Source: Octopus sinensis
Taxonomy: Eukaryota
Direction: 5' to 3'
Assembly: GCF_006345805.1 (NCBI RefSeq)
Contig: NC_043003.1
Location: 13,454,001-13,518,000 of the forward strand
DNA length: 64,000 nucleotides
The translations under genes and the position numbers were made by a program. Position 1 is the stretch's first letter. Each line of letters opens with the position of its first letter. The notes beneath the pieces were generated by a model. It saw nothing but the letters and a program-made list of their open reading frames with translations, made no database searches and had not been told where the DNA came from. Positions 37,675 to 50,906 of this stretch are shown piece by piece.

Positions 37675-38488
37675 GGTGGTCTTGATGCTGGGGGTGGTGG
37701 GGATTTAGCTCCCCAAGAGTGATATAAACTTAGTATGTAAACTCAGACAAAATGCTTAGCAGCATTTTGACTGGTATGCTAATGGTTCTGCTAGTTCATT
37801 CTTTTCTACTCTAGTCACAAGGCCTGAAATTTGGGGGATGGGGGCCAGTCAATTAGATTGTTCACAGTACGCAACTGGTACTTAATTTATCAACCCCGAA
37901 AGGATGAAATGCAAAGTCAACCTAGGTGGAATTTGAACTCAGAACGTAATGACAGAAAAAATACCACTGCCAGTTCATTGCCTTACTCCAGCTTAATAAT
38001 AATAAAATTATTTTGCTACACTCTTCATAACTTACCAAATTAATTGAAACAAATGCAGTGTATTTCAACAGGAATATGATAATGAAAGGGTTAGAAAGCT
38101 TGTTTCACAACCATGTGGTCTCAGGTTCAGTACCACTACATGGAACCTTGGGCAAGTATCTTTTGCTATGACCCTGGTTCACTGGGCAGATATGGTATTT
38201 TTACTACTTTTACCAAATAAGAGAATTTTCTCGCCATTGTAAATGAAGTGAACTTGCCTTTAGAAGCTGCAATATGTCACAAACATTTTAACTCACCTAA
38301 AGTTTGCTTAAGCCTAAACACTGCTTGGCACTGATACTGCTGAATATGTGTTTGTGTGTCTTTGTATTTGTATTTTCTCTTTGCCAACCATGGTCTGATG
38401 TGGAGGCTATGAATTTAAGTTTGAGATCAGATTAGTTGATGGGCCTATTCTGCCTCACTGGATCGACATGAATTCTCTACATACATTC

Positions 38489-38553
<65 letters not shown>

Positions 38554-39765
38554 CATCACACATGCATGTACACATACACATGCACTCACATACATATATA
38601 TGGACAAAAAACAAAGTGCTTACACACAATACAAGAACTTTCAAAAAGGGTTGTATCATTCTGTTTTTCAAAAACTTGAAAAGATTTTTTTAGATAGATA
38701 ATAACTTTTAAGCTAATCTTCTTCAATATATACTCCTTAATTCTTTTACTTGTTTCAGCCATTTGACTGTGGCCATGCTGAAGTATATATAGTCTTTAAT
38801 TCTTTTACTTGTTTCAGTACCTTTAGTCACACCAACATCAGTTGTCAAGCAATGGTGGGGGCACACACAAGCAATGGTGAGGGGACATACAGAAGCACAA
38901 ATACATACATATATATATATATTTATGGTGCCACATAGAAAAGTACCAGTGCCGGTGCCATATAAAGAGCATTTGTACTGGTGCTTACATATGGAGCAGC
39001 TCTTGCAGGTGCCACATATAAAGCACCTAGTACTCTTTGTAAACTGGTTGGCATTAGGGAGGGCATCCAGCCACAGGAACCATGCCAAAACAGACAATTG
39101 GAGTCTGGGCAGCTCTCCAGCTAGCCAGCTCCTGTCAAACCATCCAACCAATGCCAGCATGGAAAACGGACATTAAATGATGATGATATATTCATGAGGA
39201 GCCGCTTTCAGTTTTTGTCTATGAAAAACACTCACATGGCTTAACTCAATCTGTATATTAACAATATTGATATTCTTCTCAGCATCCACAGACTTATACA
39301 GAGTAGAAATAAAACACATATTTCTCAGATACTACAATGAAATTATAACCATAATTTAATTTCACAAATTAAGCAAAATAAATATATCCAGAGATGGATC
39401 TTATCCAAGTTGTAATGAATTATATTAATTAAAACTTCATCAGCATCAAAAGTTAATCATTTTTGTAATAGGTGAGAAAGGAAAGGATGAATAAAAAAAA
39501 AAATCAACCCCAAAACAACAGTTAGAGGGAAAAAAATTTAATCTAGTTTTTCTATCTCTACTAAGCAGTAAAAAACAACAGAAATATAAACATAGAGCGA
39601 AGAATTGTGTCTATATGGAAGCGATTGCTAGCAAGTCTTCTCCCAAGAGAAATATTGGATATCTAGTGACAAGCATCAGTGGATTTAGAAAATTCATTTT
39701 GTGAAAAAAAAAAAAAAAAAAAAAATTAAAAAAACCAGTAGCTATTGCATTAATGTATCACTTAC

Positions 39766-39820
39766 CCTTGAAAACTATTTCCATTTTGGCGAATAGCTTT
39801 CAGTGACAACTGATATACTT
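39766..39820 (-). other. Candidate 55-nt exon
   Basis: Acceptor CTACCTCTCACTGTGCAG, donor GG|GTAAGT; open frame VYQLSLKAIRQNGNSFQG, or AAAATGG start giving MEIVFK. Confidence 0.3.
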
Positions 39821-40167
39821 CTGCACAGTGAGAGGTAGTTTAGAATAAATATAGTTTATTGTTAGATTCTTTACATTTGTTGGTCTTGTACACCAATGAA
39901 TAAGAAAGAATGGAAGTTATTCTATTGAGTGAAGATGCTGGTTTGTTTGCGACTGAATCAAATTGTAATTACTGAATCCTTCTCAATTGTTCTCGGTTCT
40001 TACCTGTTATATGTTATTAATACAGGTATCTCCTTTTTTTTTTATACCAGTGGTTCTTAATTATTATAATTTTTTTGTTTTTTGTAGAGCCCCTTTTTAA
40101 GTAATTATGCCTAGAACCCACCTATGTGGTGAGTGAGCTATCATGACTAAACTAATTAGGGACTCGT

Positions 40168-40396
40168 TCTATTTCTTTACAAGGGGCTAAACACAGAGAG
40201 GACAAACGAAGACAGACAAACGGATTAAGTCAATTATATCGACCCCAGTGCAGAACTGGTACTTATTTAATCGACCCCGAAAGGATGAAAGGCAAAGTCG
40301 ACCTCGGCGGAATTTGAACTGAGAACGTAACGGCAGACGAAATACGGTTACGCATTTCGCCCAGCGTGCTAACGTTTCTGCCAGCTCGCCGCCTTC
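40168..40396 (-). mobile_element. SINE family A
   Basis: Near-canonical full copy. Confidence 0.88.
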
Positions 40397-40505
40397 ATGA
40401 AGGAGTCTTAACTAGGGATTCCTTCATAGAGTAACTGCTGCATTTGTTGAGTATATAAACAATTTGGCTCCTTGTTTCTCTGGGGACTGTCAGGATGATG
40501 TAGAC

Positions 40506-40548
40506 GCCTCTGATGAGAACCCAATAAGGTTTGAAAATCGATTAAGGT
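40506..40548 (+). ncRNA. Apparently intact minimal type I hammerhead ribozyme
   Basis: GCCT-CTGATGA-GAACC-CAATAA-GGTTT-GAAA-ATCGAT-TA-AGGT; all core nucleotides present; palindromic stem III AATCGATT. Confidence 0.8.
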
Positions 40549-41084
40549 TGTTCATTGTTTTTTCAATCTGTGGAGAAATGACTAAAATTTACCCCTGTTT
40601 ATAATTATACCATATATTACATAATCATCATGATCATTTAAGATCCACTTTCCATGCTGGCATGGGTTGGACAGTTTGACAGGCGCTTGCTAGGCAGAAG
40701 ACTGCACCATACTTCTGATTTTGTTTTGGCATGGATTTTATGACTGGATGCCCTTCCTAACACCAACCACATGAGGTCAGTGTTGGCATGTTTTTTTTTT
40801 TAGTCAGATGCCCTTCCAAATGCCAGCCATTTTACTATGCGGAAGTGGAAGCTTTTTACATGGCACCGGCACTGGCAGGGTCCTTGATATTTGGGCAAAT
40901 TGAAAAAAAAAAAAAAAGCACAAGTTAAAAGGGCACACACATAGAATGTATAAGGTTGACAATCAGTGTAAGATGGAAAAGAGTGAGTGTGTAATGTTTC
41001 AAGGGTGGCTTTTCATCAGAAAGAGGAGAAAGGAAAAGTCCAGAAGGAAAGAAAAATGTTCAAGAAAAGCATATATATATATAT

Positions 41085-41295
41085 ATATAGTTAATCCAAA
41101 CATGAAAACACAGAGAAAACACAACAATGCAAGGATGTGGAACAAGTATAGTGTTATTGGACGATCAGGAAAGGAAAGAAAGGAGGAGGATTTAACGTTT
41201 TGAGCAGAGCTCTTCATCAGAAACATAGGAAAAGGAAAGATCCAAGGAAGGGAAGACGGAGGAAAAAAAAATCGCCGATACACACGCGGTCACAT
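41085..41295 (-). mobile_element. Hammerhead-bearing short repeat (putative PLE terminal repeat); second copy 56425-56640 (+)
   Basis: CTGATGA-A-GAGC-TCT-GCTC-AAAA-CGTT at 41191-41223; the two copies align over about 200 bp. Confidence 0.75.
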
Positions 41296-41301
41296 ATATA
41301 C

Positions 41302-41361
<60 letters not shown>

Positions 41362-41384
41362 ATACACACACACGCACGCATAAG

Positions 41385-41735
41385 TGCAGGAGTGGCTGTG
41401 TGGTAAGTAGCTTGCTTACCAACCACATGGTTCCGGGTTCATTTCCACTGCGTGGCACCCTGGGCAAGTGTCTTCTACTATAGCCGCAGGCTGACCAAAG
41501 CTTTGTGAGTGGATTTGGTAGACGGAAACTGAAAGAAGACCATCATATGTGTGTGTGTCCATCATCGTTTGACAACTGATGTTGGTGTGTTTACGTCCCC
41601 GTAACTTAGCAGTTCAGCAAAAAGAGACCAATCAAATAAGTACCAGGCTTACAAAGAATAAGTACTGGGGTTGATTTGTTTGACTAAAGGCAGTGCTCCA
41701 GCATGGCCGCAGTCACATGACTGAAACACATAAAA
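41385..41735 (+). mobile_element. SINE family B
   Basis: Full-length match. Confidence 0.8.
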
Positions 41736-41944
41736 GAATAATAAAATACATATACATGCACAATTATTGAGTGTATATATTTGTATAGGAGCATGGGTTA
41801 AATGAGGAAACACATCAGCCTGAAGGAAGTAAATGAGGGAGAGAAAAGGTTTGAGAATCATTGATTCATAAGATAGCTAAGGGTTTCTGAAGCTTAAGAG
41901 ATATGATGATAAAAATAAACAAAGAATAATACAACATGATAATA

Positions 41945-42625
41945 ATAATGTAGTCACGATGGGTATACTGGGCTTCGTATATTTTACCCCAATGTCACTT
42001 TGGTGGCATGCACTGTTCTTTCAGTCAATAATATTAATAATAATAATAATAGTGCCCTGATGCAGTACCAGGCGGTGGCTCTCATGGCTTCTGATCTTAA
42101 CTGATTGGAAGTGTTATCATGTACATTGTTTTGTCTTGGTATAAAAGATGGGCTACAGCAAATATTCTGCTCAATACCACAGACTTGCTTGTCAGTTGTT
42201 TGACCTTAACCAGTTGAGCATGTCCCTTATTGGCTAACGATATGTGCATCTCTGATCACGAGCAGAAATTGTGGGGAGCATCATAGCCATGTATTGAGAG
42301 GTGTTCTGTGGGGTTTAGATAATTCACCTTTGGAAACATGGGTGGTTTGTTCAACATCCTTGAACAACCATTTTTCAGGGACCTTTTGAGCAGGATGGGC
42401 TACTTGACCTAAAGAAAATTCTAACTGGGCCCCACCTGCAGGGTCATGCATTGTTTACCTTGATATGAGATCACCATGTCGCGCACATGGTTGTGATGCA
42501 TGTGCCTGGTGTACTCTTATCAGATGGGTGTCATGATGCCTTTCTTATCAGATGGGCATCGGATATTTGTGCCCCAGTGTGACTTTGATGGCATGCACTG
42601 CTCTCTCACTCAATAATAATAATAA
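41945..42625 (+). mobile_element. (TAA)n-embedded retroelement 3' ends (short plus long copy)
   Basis: 41950-42030 repeats the 3' end of 42052-42612 (GATGGCATGCACTG..TC(A/T)..CAATAAT); each is followed by (TAA)n. Confidence 0.55.
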
Positions 42626-43255
42626 TGGTAATAATAATAATAATAATACTAACAACAACAGCCAGTTCCAAAAAAAGGGTAGAACTATTTACTGACTAGT
42701 TACTAACTAGAACAGTTTTGCTGTAATGTTAGCAAAAATATTTCCAAAGTGAATTAATTAGTAATATATTATTCAGTAATGATATATATCTACGTGACTG
42801 TTACAAAAACTGGCTATTTAAATTCCTTTTATATGCTCGTTGTTATTGTTATTATTGTTGTTGTTGTTGTTGTTCTGGCAGGAAGAAAAAGAAAAAAATC
42901 ACATTGAATAATTTTTCTGCGCCACTTATAATGCTTACTGTAAAAAAAAAAAAAATCACAGCAAACTCTACCAAAAAAAAAAAAAAAACCAGGAAGAAAA
43001 TCACCAAAAAAAATAAGGTTGCCTCTATAGATATTTCTTCTAATATCTCAGCAACTGATACAACATCAAGCTAATATGCAAATTATATTACTAACTTAGC
43101 AATGTGCCTCTAATTATTGTAAATATTGGAGAACGACAGACAATATACGTTACATGCAAATACAACACACATCATTCTCTCTGTGTGATCTGCAACAGAT
43201 GAACCTGTACGTATATTTTAAGGGGACAGAAATCTGTTTCTAAGCCACAGCAGGC

Positions 43256-43419
43256 TTAAAACGAATTGCATTTAAGCATATTAATAAAAGCTGGCAAGTT
43301 TCGTGCATATCTATTCAGTAGATATTTTATGGACGACCATTTCGTAACAAGATAGATTTTAAGTGTTCCCTCTATTACTTTTTTCATTTCTCCATCAACA
43401 TCACAGTGGATATTAGCAG
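43256..43419 (-). CDS. Candidate terminal coding exon, unidentified protein
   Basis: Acceptor CTTTCATCTATAG; phase-1 open frame AANIHCDVDGEMKKVIEGTLKIYLVTKWSSIKYLLNRYARNLPAFINMLKCNSF*; unique, CpG-retaining sequence. Confidence 0.35.
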
Positions 43420-43659
43420 CTATAGATGAAAGGTTAGTTTGGATTATAAACTGGAAATGATGCATTGCCAGCAGGTTTTTATTGGTATTTATCTTATATG
43501 CTGCTAACCAATAATGGCGAATTTTTCACAATTGAACGCCATATGTGTACAGGGCCAGTGTTAAAACAAGACGTTGTAATTCATACATACATGTATATAT
43601 ATAAACAGATTTATATTCATATGTGTGTGTGTGTATATATATATATATAAATATATATA

Positions 43660-43990
43660 GGTGCAGGAGTGGCTGTGTAGTAAGTAGCTTGCTTACCAAC
43701 AACATGGTTCTGGGTTCAGTCCCACTGTGTGGCACCTTGGGTAAGTCTTCTACAATAGCGTCGGGCTGACCAAAGCCTTGTGAATGGATTTGGTAGACAG
43801 AAACTGAAAGAAACCCATTGTGTGTAATATATATATATATGTTTGTGTCTGTGTTTGACAACCGATGCTGGTGTGTTTACGTCTCCATAATTTAACGGTT
43901 TGACAAGAGAGACTGATAGAATAACTACTTGATTTCCTTCACTAAAGGTGGTGCTCCAGCATGGCCACAGTAAAAATGACTGAAATGAAT
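43660..43990 (+). mobile_element. SINE family B
   Basis: Match with internal deletion. Confidence 0.8.
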
Positions 43991-45474
43991 AAAAGTATAT
44001 ATATATATATATGACTGGCCTCCATCAGTTACGACAAGGGTTCCAGTTGATCCAATCAATGGAACAGCCTGCTCATGAAATTAACATGCAAGTGGCTGAG
44101 CACTCCACAGACATGTGTAACCCTCATATAAATATATATACATATATATATAGTTGAAATTTATAGAAAAACAAAAGATGAAGACAGGTGTTTGAACAAT
44201 AAGCAAGTGTATTAGTTTGAAACTCAGGAAAAATGAAAAAGTCTTTTATGTTTCAAGCCTATGCTCTTCAGCAGAAAGGAATAGAGAAAATAAATGGAGA
44301 GAGAGTGAAAAAAACTTACATATCTGTATGTAGGCTTGGAACATAAAAGACTTTTTTCATTTTTCTCAAGCGTCAAAGTAATACACCTGCTTGTTGTTCA
44401 TACTGAACTTCTAACTCTTTGGCCTTGCATATCTGAACCACTTCTCTAACTTGCAGCACCACTCTTCATCCACATACCAGCAGTCCACCCGGCTCTTCTG
44501 ACTCTACCTTCTTGGATTTCACTGGATTTTTTCATTGATATATATATATATATATCCCGTAACTTAGCAGTTTGGAAAAAGAGACCGATAGAATAAATAC
44601 TACGCTTACAAAGAATAAGTCCTGGGGTCAATTTGTTTGAGCAGGAGTGAAGGACAGCTTTATTGCTTTAGCTACTTTATGTACCACCATTAAAAGCAAT
44701 ATACATACATACATACATAACTACATGATGGCTGCCCCCTCGTTATCGAGTATGGCTACTGCACGAAGCTTAACTGTTATTGGTGCTGTGATCGAATGTG
44801 TCTTTTTAGCCCAGCTAAAGATCTACAATGTCTTGTACAAAATTGGCAACTAAAACCTTTACTGGTATACGACAGGCTTCTTTCAGTTTCCGTCTACCAA
44901 ATCCACTCACAAGGCTTTGGTCGGCCCGAAGCTATAGTAGTAGAAGACACTTGCCCAAGGTCTCACACAGTGGGACTGAACCCAGAACCATGTGGTTCAT
45001 AAGCAAGCTACTTACCACACAGCCACTCCTACACCTATGAACTGTGTTTGCTTCATTTCTTTTTAGTCTTGATGAATCCCGTGTACTTAAGGTCCACATG
45101 AAATAAACACCAGAGATGCTTCATCCCAATGCTGAAATTGCAGGAGATACTCAGATATATTACCAACTCTTCTAAATCCATTACAATGTCAGAAACCCTT
45201 CCATATCATCAGCAGATATTTCAAGATCACAAGCATTTTGCCCCTTAACCTGTATGCTTCCCCTTAGTCGAGTAGCAAGGGCTGCATTAGTCTTCACCTG
45301 AAGCAGGGTTCTAACTGTAGTCTCTTATGAACCATAGCCACCTTGAGCTGGTTTCAGCTACCATGCCTATCTCCTTGGTGCCTTTCTTCAGTTGTCTGAA
45401 TTCCAGAATAACCTGCAAGAAATTGTGCCAGGAAGCCATGGTAGCAACCATCAATATACCAAATGTCATTTAAA

Positions 45475-45944
45475 TTTGCATACAAGCATCATACAATCCA
45501 CCCTTCTCACTAAAAACGAGGACTTTTATTAACAATAGAGTTTGTAGTTTCCTGAACTTCTTCCAACCCGATTTTATCCTGGCTACTATGCTTTCAGTAC
45601 ATCCACCCCTACTGCTAATTATACAACCTAGATAACAACAAAATTCACTTAACAGGTCGCGGATTTTAGCGACGAAAATATTTTGACAAATTAAACTTAA
45701 ATGTTGAAGTGAATCGAACGGCTTTTGTGTGTTTCTTAAATGGCTTACAAACACCTTCCACGCAACAAAATTCAGTTCTATATTTAAGAAATGAGGAATT
45801 ATGTACATTATTTACATTTGGCGGATATTTGTCCTCATCTTGTTTGTTGCTAACACAACATTTTGGCTGATATACCCTCCAGCCTTCATCAGGTGTCTTG
45901 GAGAAATTTCGAGCCTGGGTTCTCATTTCTAAGGTATTTTTCTG

Positions 45945-45986
<42 letters not shown>

Positions 45987-48900
45987 TATTATTATTATTA
46001 TTATTGTTCAAGTCACTGCTTCGAATCAAACTCGGAATCTTGGGGTTAATAGCCTGAGCTCTTAACCACTAAGCCATATGCCCAATTCCAAGCAGTGACC
46101 TGAATAATAATAATAATAATAACATCGAAAAATACCTTAGGAATTTCCCCAAGACACCTGATGAAGGCTGAAAGGTTGTGTTAACAACAAACAAGATGAG
46201 GACAAATATCCATTACTTGTAAATAATGTAAATAATGAAAATATTGAACAACAAAATTGTTGACTACTTCTAAGGACCCAACTGGCTACTCAAAGGAATT
46301 TATTACCTGGATGTTTTCTGTGCTTGATGCTTCTGAGCATCTGCAATGTTTTCTGTTAACCTGCCTGTGGTCCTTCTCCACATCTTGCACATCCAGTGTT
46401 TCCTCTGGGCTCACTGTAGGGAGTTTCTATTTACTCCTTTCCTGCATACTAAATACAAGCATTTCTAGGATGGTGACAGGGTCCAGCTTTCTTTTCTACT
46501 AAGTGTAATTTTAGTTTTGGCTAAGTTTTCTTTAAAGCCCTTCAATTCCAGTTTTTGTTCTCATGCCTGAAATTTCCTCTTTCTAACACATTTCATTTGC
46601 CCTTGTAACAATTTACAATAACACTGCTACACCAACCACAAGGTATGAACAACTGTTCTCTGTAACCTAAATGACTGTTTGAGTGATTTAACTCAATCCC
46701 TATTTTTTCAGGTATTTCAAGCATCCCAGTGAATATTTCTGATGGGCCAGCTGCTTTCCCATTTTCATATTTGCAACCACTCTATTCATACAGTGGACAT
46801 TAAAGTGATGGACATATGTGTGTGTGTGTGTGTATTGATATTTACTCTTCAAAAATTTCTCACCTATAGCATTGCTCTCAATGACTAATCTGTTGGCTTT
46901 GTAGCTGTTTTTTTTTTAATTTAATGTGTGAAATAAGATATCTATGGTTCATGTTTATGGCATTGAACTCTGTGTACATTACAGAACTTCAGGAAGCTTG
47001 ATCCTTCCTCAATTATTATACCATACCCATAGGTTTCATGTACACTTTGGAAGATCATAAGAATGGTCCCTCTATGATAAATAACAGCAGCTTCGTTATT
47101 GTAGTTACTTAATGAACCAGTTGTCAATATATATCCACTGTATGAATGGAGTGGTTGCAAATATGAAAATGGGAAAGCAGCTGGCCCATCAGAACTATTC
47201 AATGAGATGCTTGAAATATCTGAAAAAATAGGGATTGAGTTAATCACTCAAACAATCGTTTAGATTGCAGAAAGCAGTTGTTCATACCTTGTGGTTGGTG
47301 TAGCAGTGTTATTGTATGAATGTTCTCTAGTGGACAACTGTATGACACTCTGATAGAGTGTCATACAGTTGTCAACTAGAGCACCTAATCCTTCTTTTGG
47401 GTCTACTTGCAATAGACTCCCCCCACCTCTCTTTCTTTCTCTTCCGTGCATTCTCCACATTCAACAGCCTTTCAGAGTTGTATTTCTATCTCTCTTTTTA
47501 GCATTAGTGAGAGCCAGTGCGTCATTAAGATCCCTTTATACCCTGACAACATCTTGGTTCTCTTTAATACACTGCTTAGCAATCCTGAACACACTCCATC
47601 CCTAATCCTTTATGTCACAAACCTTGTGCAAACTTCTTCCTTTCTGCATCTCTTCTTGCTATGTACACTTGATGTCTAGCATCTCATCTAGCTGTCTGAC
47701 ATTGCTTTATTTTTTTTATTATCCCCATTTTCCCAGTCTACCCAAACCTGAATCTTAATTTTAAATACTTTGTACACAGCTGTATTCCACCACCATGTTT
47801 CCTGTGGTTGGAACCTCACACCAGCCACAAATCTAAGCTGTCCTGTTTTCTCTTTGCTATAAAGTTTCTATCCCACCCTTCCTTTCATCAAATGCTTCAT
47901 CTAGTACTTCTCTGAACCTCTTATTGTTTTATTGGCTCTTTAAGCTTCCATATTTTCCTTCTCCAAACTTTTGACCCTCTCTTGGTTCATTTAGTTCTTA
48001 TTCTGAAATCAGTAATCACAAAACCCAGTCAGGTGGTAAATTCTTCACCAGTAAAAGCCAGTTGACACACAACTGGCTTCTGAGTGTCCGTGTACACACA
48101 CAGAAGGAAGATGGCCTTTCTGTCACCAACTCTTATCTGCTTTTCAGGCAAAGAATATCTTATTTCACACATTAAAAAAAATAAATAAAACTCCAAAGCC
48201 AACAGATTAGCCATTGAGAGCAATGTTATTTATGGGTGAGAAATTTTTGAAGAAGAGCAAACATCAACACTCACACACACACACACAAATGCATACATAT
48301 GTCCATCACTTTAATGTCCACTGTATGAATGGAGTCTATATGGCTTGTGTGTTCATCTGACTGTTAAGTAAACATGTAGTTGGCTTGTTTCCTGATTGAA
48401 AAATGGTTAGGTCATTTATGTTGTAGAACTCCAGAAGTTGTGATCTCTCCTCATTCCTTGTACCATAACCATAGCCTCCAAGAACATTTTATACAGTGGA
48501 CATCTATTGACAACTGGTTCATTAAGTAACTGTAATAACGAAGCTGCTGTTATTTATCATAGAGGTAGTATGCAGAGGGACCACTTTTATGAGCTTCCAA
48601 AGTGTACATGGAACCTATGGGTATGGTATAATAATTGAGGAAGGATCAAGCCTCCTGAAGTTCTGTAATGTATGCAGAGTTCAATGCCATAGACAAATTG
48701 CCAATAACTAACCTAAGCATAATTTTTAATTTTCTGAGATTTTACAAAAACAACAAAAATATTTTTTTTGTCAATCACTCTGACTGCCTCAATTTATCTA
48801 GTCACCTCACAGGGAATAGTATACTGTACCCACTTCACTTACTCCCTTGTTGTTACAAGCACAGAAGAATTTGTACTGTTGTTCCTTGTCTGCAAGGCGT

Positions 48901-49060
48901 CTGGCTGAGGTCTCCTTCCATCTTATTTCTTGCACACAACACACATCAATCTGTTTCTGCCCTAGCATCTTCACATTCTTTCCTAACCAACCTTTCATTG
49001 TAACAATGTTGATTGATGGTAACTCTCAACTTTTTTGCTCTGGAAAGAAGAAGCAGATTT
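45475..49060 (-). mobile_element. Fragmented RTE LINE relic
   Basis: APE piece IDVCCVQEIRW (48820-49010), linker 47380-48010, RT piece KAAGPSELFNEML (47160-47350 inverted; also 46600-46800), 46300-46600, and YLGCIISSRGGCTESIVARIKSGWKKF (45475-45640). Confidence 0.8.
45853..45896 (-). ncRNA. Decayed minimal hammerhead
   Basis: ACAC-CTGATGA-A-GGCTG-GAGGGTATAT-CAGCC-AAAA-TGTT-GTGT; two CpG transitions away from GAAACGTT. Confidence 0.7.
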
Positions 49061-49254
49061 CTAGTGATGCTTTTTGCTGATTTTTGACTTCATAATCTAA
49101 AATTGAATGAGAAAGTTGGGGCTTGTCCTAATAACCTCAATTCATCACATATAGCAATCACTATTATTATTGGAGGTATTATTCTGAGTCACTTAGTGTG
49201 ATAGTTAATAGCCTCACAAAAAACTCCATAAACAAGGTGGTTATGTGTGTGTGC

Positions 49255-49308
<54 letters not shown>

Positions 49309-49432
49309 AGAGTTTATCAGAAAAACAAAAGACGAAGACAGGTGATGTACAAAACAAACAGATGTATTAGTATAATGCTCTGGAATAGAAAAAGTCTTTT
49401 ACGTTTCGAGCCTACGCTCTTCTACGCTCTTA

Positions 49433-49473
<41 letters not shown>

Positions 49474-50906
49474 TTGTGTGTGTGTGTATATATATATATA
49501 TGTTTGCATGCATATATATCTATCTATCTATCTACACATATTAACATATATGTACGTGTGTGTAGGTATGTCTGTGCTTGCGTACACACGTGTGCATGTG
49601 AATGAGAAAATGTGGTAGGTGTTGACATCCGTGTTTTTGTCAGTACATATATCTGGAGACAAACACGAGCAGCTGAGTGCAGTATTTTTATAAGTTGAAT
49701 GGCTTATTGTAAGAACATAACGACCAACAGAATTTCTAGAGAAACAATTTAGCTTTTTATCAATTTAGACACTTTCCAATAGTGTTGACACAGAGCTTGT
49801 GTCAAGTGTACAGAACACACAGCAAGGAATCAATAATTTTAGATTTGCAGCTTGGAACTACAGAATCCAAGTTGTAATTAGCTTCAGCTTGCTGCTGGCC
49901 TCAGCTCAATTTTATCATGTTTGTTTGCCATAGTCGCTGACGTTCTTACTGTCAGTTAAATGGCATTTGGTTGGTGCCTGATGCCTATAATGTTATAGGG
50001 ATATGTGAAGTAAATAATGTACAAGAGGAAACTAGAATCGGTCTTTTTTCTTCCATTTTTTTTCTTTGTAATCATGAACTAACTTTATATATATATATAT
50101 TGTGAATGTGTGTAAAGATCTCATCATTTGCAGCAGATAAACTGTTACCTGGTTAAGAAACATCTCACTCTGCTGGTTTAAGTATTACAGAGATAGATAA
50201 AGAAAAACAATTTCAGCAATAACTTTAGTATAGAATCCACAATTAGCAATTGCTTTAACATAGACAAAAACATTATATTTGATCGAAAAGTGTTAATCTT
50301 GTGTTTCGTTTTTTTTCTTTTTTGATCAACTTTAGTTTAGTTTTAGGGTAAAAAAGTTTATATAGATTTGTTATTAGATAACTAAAGCAAATAAAAGCAT
50401 TGGTTTGGTTCGGTATTATCCATTAGTGCTTACTGTTTTGTAATCAAGGAGAGTGATATTGTTGGAGGAGACAATTCATTGGAGGTTTTATGTCTGATCG
50501 ACCTCTGAGCTCTAAGGTTATTGTTTCAAGCAAGTAGACCAAACAGCAAGCAATATTAAATAGAGTAGAGTAACTTGTTCAAGCACAGTAATAATAATAA
50601 TCTATTTTACATTAATATTCCTATGTTTTGTATAAATGGGATGGTTTATATTTATTGTATTGAAGCAATTGTTTTTACCACAGGAAAACCTTACAGCTCA
50701 CCAACCACATAACTGTGTAATAGAGTCAAGACTCAAAACAATTGTTTGACCGGCTAGAAACAGCAGCCAAATCTCTCTCTTGCCCCACCATACTGTTTTA
50801 ATTCTTTCATTACCCATTTCTGTTGAAATGCACTATTTTTGTTTTAATTAATTCTGGAAATAATATAGAATTCAGTAAAATAATGTGACAAGCATTGGCA
50901 ACATAC

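Noticed and set aside
45345-45405. Possible 51-nt symmetric exon on minus
   Set aside because: Weak donor (GTAGCT) and it lies beside RTE debris.
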